Positions 18,328-24,000 of a stretch of 24,000 nt of DNA are shown here, piece by piece. Within the stretch, counting starts at the first letter, position 1; each line of letters starts with the position of its first letter. The DNA lies in contig NZ_CP086111.1 in NCBI RefSeq assembly GCF_016806835.2, positions 3,379,471 to 3,403,470 on the forward strand, in the 5' to 3' direction. Below the pieces are notes generated by a model. That model was given only the letters and a program-made list of their open reading frames with translations. It ran no database searches and was not told the DNA's origin. Origin of the DNA: Skermanella rosea (GTDB taxonomy: Bacteria > Pseudomonadota > Alphaproteobacteria > Azospirillales > Azospirillaceae). Position numbers and translations under genes: made by a program.

Positions 18328-19281
18328 TCACCCTCCACTCGCCTTGTCTAAGCGATCGATCGATGCACGATCAAGGGTGAGCCGTGCCGCCGCGGTCAGG
18401 TCCTTCAATTGTTCCAGGCTGGTCGCGCTGACGATCGGCGCCGTCAGCCCGGGGCGGGCGATCAGCCATGCCAGCGCGACCTGGGACGGATTGGCATCGT
18501 GCCGCGCCGCGACCTCGTCCAGTGCCGCCAGGATCGCCCGGCCGCGGTCGTTCAGGTACTTGCTAACGACGCCCTCGCCGCGCGGGCTCTTGCCGGCATC
18601 CTCGGGCGAGCGGTACTTGCCGGACAGGAAGCCGCTGGCCAGCGAATAATAGGAGATCACGCCGAGCTGGTTCTCGCGGCAGATGCCCTCCAGTTCGGCC
18701 TCGTATCCGGCACGGTCGAACAGGTTGTATTCCGGTTGAAGCGATTCATAGCGGGCGAGGCCCGGCTTGCCGCCGACCTCGAGCGCCTCGCGGAGGCGCG
18801 CCGGGCTGAGGTTGGAGGCACCGACCGCCCTGACCTTGCCCTGGTCGATCAGGTCCTGGTACACCGCCAGCGTGTCCTCGAACGGTGTATCCGGATCGTC
18901 CCAGTGGGACTGGTACAGGTCGATATAGTCGGTCCGGAGACGGCGCAGGGAGTCCTCGACGGCGGTCCGGATGTAGGCCGGTGCCAAGCCCTTCTTCCCC
19001 GGTCCCATCTCCGAACCGACCTTGGTCGCGATCACCAGCCTGTCGCGGTCGGCCCGGCCCTTGAGCCAGTTCCCGATGATGGTTTCCGACTCGCCGCCCT
19101 TGTTGCCGGGAACCCAGGTCGAATAGGAATCCGCAGTGTCGATGAAATTGAAGCCCTGCTCGACGAAGGCGTCGAGCAGCCGGTGGGAGGTCGGCTCGTC
19201 GATCGTCCAGCCGAACACGTTGCCGCCGAAGCAGAGCGGGACGACCGTCAGGCCGGACCGGCCGAGTTGCCGCTTTTCCAT
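18328..19281 (-). CDS. Aldo/keto reductase family oxidoreductase
   Basis: 317 aa. It has MEKRQLGRSGLTVVPLCFGGNVFGW, FIDTADSYS, GESETIIGNWL, VIATKVG, IDLYQSHWDD, VRAVGASN and QPEYNL, which are classic AKR motifs including the catalytic D/Y/K/H context. Confidence 0.95.
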   Translation of the reverse strand: MEKRQLGRSGLTVVPLCFGGNVFGWTIDEPTSHRLLDAFVEQGFNFIDTADSYSTWVPGNKGGESETIIGNWLKGRADRDRLVIATKVGSEMGPGKKGLAPAYIRTAVEDSLRRLRTDYIDLYQSHWDDPDTPFEDTLAVYQDLIDQGKVRAVGASNLSPARLREALEVGGKPGLARYESLQPEYNLFDRAGYEAELEGICRENQLGVISYYSLASGFLSGKYRSPEDAGKSPRGEGVVSKYLNDRGRAILAALDEVAARHDANPSQVALAWLIARPGLTAPIVSATSLEQLKDLTAAARLTLDRASIDRLDKASGG

Positions 19282-19311
19282 GTCATCAGTCCCAGGTATC
19301 GGTGAGGGATA

Positions 19312-19334
19312 GCGAAGCGCCGGCGGCGCTTCGC
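19312..19334 (-). terminator. GC-rich hairpin between the amidase and AKR genes (possible U-tract-less terminator)
   Basis: gcgaagcgcc / ggcgcttcgc are perfect 10-bp arms with a 3-nt loop, about 60 nt downstream of the amidase stop on the minus strand. No U-tract follows on that strand. Confidence 0.35.
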
Positions 19335-19396
19335 CGTTTCATCCAGCGAACACCGAGCCGGTGGAGACGTTCCGTTCCCGGAAGGTCCCTGTCGGA

Positions 19397-20851
19397 TCAG
19401 ACATCGGCCGCGGAGAAGATCGACTTCTTGATGATCGCATGGACGCCCCAGTTGCCGTCCACCACCTGGGTGATGCCGAAATCGACGCCCAGCGACATCA
19501 ATGAAATGGCTTCGTCCTCGGTCAGCCCCTTCGCGTTCATCAGGAACCGGCGCATCTTCCGGAAGGCGTCCCGGAGGGCGAGATCCACGGACGACTTCTC
19601 GTAGATCGCCGACTGGGCGCTGGATCCCAGCTGCTCCAGGTAGTTCGGATAGCTGAACCCGTGCATCACCCAATCCTCCGCCGTTTCCAGCATCGGATAG
19701 TCCAGCCCTTCCAGGGCGGTGCCGGCCAGATCGGCGGCCTTGTGCAGGATGAACTGGAATGTTCCGGTGAAGGAACATTCGATCGCCGTACCGCACAGTT
19801 CCGAATCGCCCTGGGAGGCGTGCGGGTCCCCGGCAGAGAACAGGGCGCCCGGCACGGCGACCGGGTAATACATGGTCGCCCCTTTGCCAAGCCGCCAATT
19901 GTCCATGTTGCCGCCGAAATAGGCGGGAGGAACGGAATCGACGAGCTCCGCCTCCCGGGGGGCGACACCGAGGACCCCGAAATGCGGGCGTACCGGGATG
20001 CGGATGCCTTTCAGCACGTCGAAGTTCTTCTGGATCGTCGAGTGATCGACGGGAACGCCGGGATAATCGATCTTGCCATGGACGACCCCGAACGGGTCCG
20101 TCTGCGGCGTCCAGCGGTAATTATAGACGGCCTTGGCCCAGTTCCTCTCCCCCCGCGCGTCGATCTCGTAGATCGTTATGACCTCGCGCTCCTTGGGCTC
20201 GGTCAGCAGGTCCTTGTAGTGATAGCCCCACCACGCGGCGGCATTGACCCCGAAGGTCTTGCCGGCGAATTCCGGGTTCGCGCTGGGCCGCGGCTTCATG
20301 TCCACGATGCGGACCTCCAGCACGTCGCCGGGCTCGGCGCCCCGGATCGCCACCGGGCCGGTGCAGATGTGAACGCCGAACCCCTCGCCGGCCCCACGGC
20401 CGTGGATCGAGGCATCCATCGGGCCGGCGCCCCGGCGATCGACGTTCTTCTTCTCCCGTGTCCAGTGGAAGACGCTTTCGGCACCGGGATCGCCCGTCAC
20501 CATCCGCTCGGCATCGTCGTTGGCATGGTGGGTCAGCGTCTCTATCGTGACGAAATCGCCAGGCGAAATTTCGACGCGCGGCTTCAGGCTCTTGCTGAAG
20601 TAACCCCAGTGCACCGTGTCGGCCGTGGCCGGCAGGTAGTGGTGGCTGATCCGCTCCGGCTGCCGCACCTGCGCCGCCGCCGCCATCGCGGGGGTGACGA
20701 GCGACAGTCCGCCGGCTCCCAGAACGCCGGCGCCGCCTGCGGCGGCAAAGGCGCTCTTCAGGAAAGTCCGGCGCTCATGATCCATCGTATTCAGGAAAGC
20801 CCGGCGATGCTCCTCGAAATCCGGGCAGTTGCGGTCGTCACCTTGGCACAT
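19397..20851 (-). CDS. Acetamidase/formamidase (FmdA/AmdA) family amidohydrolase with twin-arginine signal
   Basis: Tat motif ERRTFLKSAFAAAGGAGVLGAG...AMAAAAQ. The body (HWGYFS, GDFVTIETLTHHAND, HICTGPVAIRGAEPGDVLEV, GGNMDNW, GDPHASQGDSELCGTAIE) fits the acetamidase/formamidase family. Start at 20851 (GGAG 10 nt upstream) is preferred. The ATG at 20785 (MDHERRTFLK) is the alternative, and the track start at 21073 is rejected. Confidence 0.85.
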   Translation of the reverse strand: MCQGDDRNCPDFEEHRRAFLNTMDHERRTFLKSAFAAAGGAGVLGAGGLSLVTPAMAAAAQVRQPERISHHYLPATADTVHWGYFSKSLKPRVEISPGDFVTIETLTHHANDDAERMVTGDPGAESVFHWTREKKNVDRRGAGPMDASIHGRGAGEGFGVHICTGPVAIRGAEPGDVLEVRIVDMKPRPSANPEFAGKTFGVNAAAWWGYHYKDLLTEPKEREVITIYEIDARGERNWAKAVYNYRWTPQTDPFGVVHGKIDYPGVPVDHSTIQKNFDVLKGIRIPVRPHFGVLGVAPREAELVDSVPPAYFGGNMDNWRLGKGATMYYPVAVPGALFSAGDPHASQGDSELCGTAIECSFTGTFQFILHKAADLAGTALEGLDYPMLETAEDWVMHGFSYPNYLEQLGSSAQSAIYEKSSVDLALRDAFRKMRRFLMNAKGLTEDEAISLMSLGVDFGITQVVDGNWGVHAIIKKSIFSAADV

Positions 20852-21082
20852 TTTCTTGCTTCTCCGCTCTGGTCCAGGCCCACCATGCGCAGGGGCCTGC
20901 TGTGCGCCCGCGCGCATAATACCGTATGCAAGCGTCGGGCCTGTATGCGGGGACGGCAGAGATCCTTCGGCGATATGACAGGTCGTGCCTATGGAAGCGG
21001 CATAGGGACCCTTGCCGGTGCAGCCCATTGCCGTGTTCGCGACCATGGTTGACGCGAAAGGGCGGCGGGCCAATTAAGCTTC

Positions 21083-22120
21083 ATGCTGTCGTTCCTTCAT
21101 CCTGTCCGGGCGTTCCTCGTTCCGGCGCTTCTGATACTCGGCCTCTTCGCGGTCGTTTCCCCTGCATCCGGCCAACCGGCCCGGCCGATTGACCGGGCGG
21201 TGCTGGACGGGGCGCTCGCACAGGCCGCCGACCTGCCGGCCCTCCGCTCGCTGATCGTCGCCCGGGACGGCGTCCCGGTCGTGGAGCATGTCTTCGACGG
21301 ACCAAGCCTGGACCGTCCGGTGAACGTGAAGTCGCTGTCGAAGACCGTGATCGCGGCGCTGACCGGCATCGCCATCGACCGGGGCGTCTTCGAGGGAGTC
21401 GATCAGCCGATCGTCGAGATCCTGGGAAGCCGGGTGCCCGCCGGTGCCGATCCGCGGCTGGAACGGGTGACCATCGATCACCTGCTGGCGATGCGCTCCG
21501 GGCTGGAGCGGACATCAGGCCCCTTCTATGGCCGATGGGTGACCAGCCGCGATTGGGTGAGCTTCGCCCTGGCGCGCCCCTTCGTCGACGAGCCGGGCGC
21601 CGGCATGCTCTATTCGACAGGAAATTCGCACATCCTGTCCGCCGCCCTGACCCGAGCGGCGGGGCGCAGCACCCTGGCCCTGGCACGCGACTGGCTCGGC
21701 GAGCCGCTGGGCATCGACGTGCCGGCATGGCAGCGCGATCCGCAGGGCATCTATTTCGGCGGCAACAACATGCTTCTGTCGCCCCGCGCCCTGCTTCGCT
21801 TCGGTGAGCTTTACCGCAATGGCGGCGTGGCGGACGGCCGCCGCATCCTGTCGGAAGGTTGGATCCGCGCCTCCTGGACCCCGCAGGCTCGATCAGTGCA
21901 TACCGGGGACAGCTACGGCTATGGTTGGTTCATTCGGGAGATGCAGGGGCATACCGTCTATTACGCCTGGGGCTATGGCGGGCAGATGCTGTATGTCGTG
22001 CCTGACCTGGGACTCACCGTAGTCATGACTTCCGACCCGGACTCGCCCTCGGGGCGGACCGGCTATGTCCGGGACCTGCATGCGGTGATGGCGGACGGAA
22101 TTATTCCGGCTGCGAAATAG
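21083..22120 (+). CDS. Beta-lactamase-fold serine hydrolase (class C-like/PBP4*-type), exported
   Basis: Signal peptide LVPALLILGLFAVVSPASG. It has the SxxK motif (KSLSKTV), a YxN-like motif (LYSTGNSH) and WGYGGQMLYVVPD near the C-terminus. Confidence 0.85.
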   Translation: MLSFLHPVRAFLVPALLILGLFAVVSPASGQPARPIDRAVLDGALAQAADLPALRSLIVARDGVPVVEHVFDGPSLDRPVNVKSLSKTVIAALTGIAIDRGVFEGVDQPIVEILGSRVPAGADPRLERVTIDHLLAMRSGLERTSGPFYGRWVTSRDWVSFALARPFVDEPGAGMLYSTGNSHILSAALTRAAGRSTLALARDWLGEPLGIDVPAWQRDPQGIYFGGNNMLLSPRALLRFGELYRNGGVADGRRILSEGWIRASWTPQARSVHTGDSYGYGWFIREMQGHTVYYAWGYGGQMLYVVPDLGLTVVMTSDPDSPSGRTGYVRDLHAVMADGIIPAAK

Positions 22121-22378
22121 CCTAGGCACCATGGCTGTCCAAACGTTCGGATACCCCCTGCCCCGGTTTTTCCCGACCGGCACCGCCCACTGGCCCCGGT
22201 TGTACTGGTCTGTCGCCTCAACAATGATAGATTCGGTTATCAGGGATACGGTCGGCGGCACCCGGCCAGGGTGACCGCACGGTCCGGCCCACAGGTCGAC
22301 GGCCGATGAATCGTGCCACCTGCGTAATGACCGCAGCATGACCGCTTCTGACGGCCGCTCTCACAGGGAGGCAGGAAG

Positions 22379-23188
22379 ATGGCGAACAGAACGGCGACGA
22401 ACGGATCTTCGATCCGGGAAGTGGCTTACGGCGAAGCCTATCCCGGCGTGCGCAAGATCGATTTGAACGATATCAGGGACGCTTTGTCGAAGGGTGTCGA
22501 CGATTTCCTCGCGACGCCCACGCAGTTGCTTTTCCTCGGCATCATCTATCCGCTGGTCGGACTGGTCGCCGCCCGCTGGGCCTATGGCGCCGACCTCCGC
22601 CCGCTGCTCTACCCGATGATCGCGGGACTGACGCTGATGGGGCCGGTCGCCGCCATCGGCATCTACGAACTCAGCCGGCGCCGCGAACAGGGCAAGCCCG
22701 TCTCCTGGCTGAATGCCTTCGACGTGTTGAAATCCCCGGCGATCGGCTCGATCATGGTGCTGGCCGTCGGACTGGCGGCGCTGTTCGTCGCGTGGCTGGC
22801 CGCCGCCTCCGCGATCTACGAGGCGACACTGGGCGCGTCCATGGCGGCACCGGAGGGCGGGTTCCTGTACCGCGTCTTCAACACGGCCGAGGGATGGCAG
22901 ATGATCCTCCTCGGCAACCTGGTGGGGTTCCTGTTCGCCGTGGTGGTGCTGGCGACCTCCGTGGTGTCCTTCCCGCTGCTGTTGGACCGCGACGTCGGGC
23001 CGGCCGCCGCGGTCAAGACCTCGCTCCGGGCGGTCATGGCCAACCCCGTCCCGATGGCGGCCTGGGGCCTCGTGGTCGCCGTGTCCATCGCGGTCGGATC
23101 CGTGCCCTTCTTCGTCGGCCTGGCGGTCGTGATGCCGATCCTGGGTCATGCCACCTGGCACCTCTACCGCAAGGTCATCGTGAACTGA
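22379..23188 (+). CDS. DUF2189 integral membrane protein
   Basis: SD GGGAGGcaGGAAG before the ATG. VRKIDLNDIRDALSKGVDDFLATPTQLLFLGIIYPLVGLVAARWAYGADLRPLLYPMIAGLTLMGPVAAIGIYELSRRREQG matches the DUF2189 pattern I recall. Confidence 0.75.
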   Translation: MANRTATNGSSIREVAYGEAYPGVRKIDLNDIRDALSKGVDDFLATPTQLLFLGIIYPLVGLVAARWAYGADLRPLLYPMIAGLTLMGPVAAIGIYELSRRREQGKPVSWLNAFDVLKSPAIGSIMVLAVGLAALFVAWLAAASAIYEATLGASMAAPEGGFLYRVFNTAEGWQMILLGNLVGFLFAVVVLATSVVSFPLLLDRDVGPAAAVKTSLRAVMANPVPMAAWGLVVAVSIAVGSVPFFVGLAVVMPILGHATWHLYRKVIVN

Positions 23189-23243
23189 TCAACTCAGTGT
23201 GATTGGAAAAGCGCCGGGCGGAACAGCTTTACGGGTTACGTGT

Positions 23244-23276
23244 TGTTCCTGAAGACACCTATAGATTTCAGGAACA
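23244..23276 (+). promoter_or_regulatory. Perfect 10-bp inverted repeat covering the putative SD of the downstream dehydrogenase gene
   Basis: tgttcctgaa (23244-23253), N13, ttcaggaaca (23267-23276). The likely SD AGGAA (23270-23274) sits in the right arm, 9 nt before the ATG at 23284. Confidence 0.4.
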
Positions 23277-23283
23277 TCGCGAA

Positions 23284-24000
23284 ATGCGCACGCTCCCCAC
23301 TGCCTCGTTCCTTCTCGCCGCGGCAGGGCTGACCCTGGCCGGCTGCGGCGAGAACGCGTCGCTTCCTGTTTCGGCCGGCACGGGGCCGAACCCGGAACTG
23401 CCGGCTCCCAACGAGGAGTCGCCGATCCCCACGGTCCACATCGCCCCGGCGAAGGGCTGGCCGGAGGGCGCCAAGCCGACGGCGGCCCAGGGCCTCGGCG
23501 TGACCGAGTTCGCCGCCGGCCTGGATCATCCCCGCTGGCTCCACGTGCTACCCAACGGCGACGTCCTGGTGGCCGAGTCCAACGCCCCGCCCAAGGACGA
23601 GAACGGCGGGATCAAGGGCTGGGTCATGAACCTGGTGATGAGCAGGGCCGGTGCCGGCGTGCCCAGCGCCAACCGGATCAGCCTGCTGCGCGACGGCGAC
23701 GGCGACGGCATCGCCGAGACCAAGACCGCGTTCCTCGAAAATCTGTTCTCGCCGTTCGGCATGTTCCTGGTCGGCAACGACCTGTACGTGGCGAACGCCG
23801 ACGCGATCGTGCGCTTCCCGTACGAGGAAGGCCAGACGAAGATCACGGCGCCGGGGACCAAGGTGGTCGACTTGCCGGCCGGCATCAATCATCACTGGAC
23901 CAAGAACGTCATCGCCAGCCCGGACGGCAAGCTGCTGTACGCGACCGTCGGCTCCAACAGCAATGTCGGCGAGAACGGCATGGAGATCGAGGAAGGCCGC
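23284..24000 (+). CDS. PQQ-dependent sugar (sorbosone/glucose) dehydrogenase family lipoprotein, 3'-truncated by window end
   Basis: Not in the ORF track because it has no stop within the window. My translation is [24 protein letters not shown]... (lipobox LAGC), ...[31 protein letters not shown]..., [55 protein letters not shown]. This is the typical soluble GSDH/sorbosone dehydrogenase beta-propeller N-terminal half. It is in frame to base 24000 (239 codons). Confidence 0.85.
   Translation, partial: MRTLPTASFLLAAAGLTLAGCGENASLPVSAGTGPNPELPAPNEESPIPTVHIAPAKGWPEGAKPTAAQGLGVTEFAAGLDHPRWLHVLPNGDVLVAESNAPPKDENGGIKGWVMNLVMSRAGAGVPSANRISLLRDGDGDGIAETKTAFLENLFSPFGMFLVGNDLYVANADAIVRFPYEEGQTKITAPGTKVVDLPAGINHHWTKNVIASPDGKLLYATVGSNSNVGENGMEIEEGR

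Noticed and set aside
20852-21073. 5' extension of the amidase ORF (the track calls 558 aa).
   Set aside because: No signal-peptide logic or SD at 21073. The Tat leader starts far downstream, and the region is more plausibly the divergent promoter shared with the beta-lactamase-fold gene.
22121-22378. Possible riboswitch in the 258-bp leader of the DUF2189 gene. It contains cccactggcc and gccagggtgaccgca, which vaguely recall cobalamin-riboswitch GCCACUG and B12-box elements.
   Set aside because: The B12-box match needs an indel and several mismatches. The GGGAA...GGUG.AA.UCC core is missing or in the wrong order, and DUF2189 is not a known B12-regulated function. An Infernal/Rfam scan would settle it.

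Overview
GC-rich bacterial chromosomal segment (about two-thirds G+C by eye, not computed). The gene content looks alphaproteobacterial, possibly Rhodospirillales-like: fruBKA with an EIIA-HPr-EI fusion, DUF1194, DUF1275, DUF2189, a PAS_5/DUF1457 protein and a TrpD-like protein. That placement is inference only, and all family calls are motif recognition by eye with no searches run. Left end (44-3174, minus strand): a KaiC-like double-RecA ATPase translationally coupled to a single-domain response regulator. The KaiC-like gene is split by a complete 1275-bp ISAs1-family insertion sequence with perfect 18-bp inverted repeats starting CAGGG and a 10-bp target duplication. The IS sits exactly in the first Walker A motif, and its own transposase is frameshifted at an A7 run. 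Beside it is a decayed Tn5/IS4-like transposase remnant and about 380 bp of unassigned lower-GC DNA. Next come a DUF1194 vWA-like exported protein plus a polytopic membrane protein (minus strand). Divergent from these is an intact fructose PTS operon fruB-fruK-fruA, with a DUF1275 membrane protein abutting it. The right half holds housekeeping or accessory genes. These are a 76-aa acidic protein, a TrpD paralogue lacking catalytic motifs, a 641-aa NYN protein with three repeated OST-HTH/LOTUS-like modules, and a PAS_5 protein. They are followed by a small secreted protein, a lipoprotein, an aldo-keto reductase, a Tat-signal acetamidase/formamidase, a beta-lactamase-fold hydrolase, DUF2189, and a truncated PQQ-type sugar dehydrogenase. 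I saw no rRNA, tRNA or CRISPR array. I did not find a convincing complete novel multi-gene system. The most unusual items are listed below.
- The IS-split KaiC-like/response-regulator module.
- The NYN-3xLOTUS protein.
- An orphan plus-strand terminator with a CU-rich motif between two minus-strand genes (sRNA candidate).
- A Shine-Dalgarno-occluding hairpin.
- A duplicated twin-arginine motif.
Many long ORFs in the track are off-frame or antisense shadows typical of high-GC DNA.
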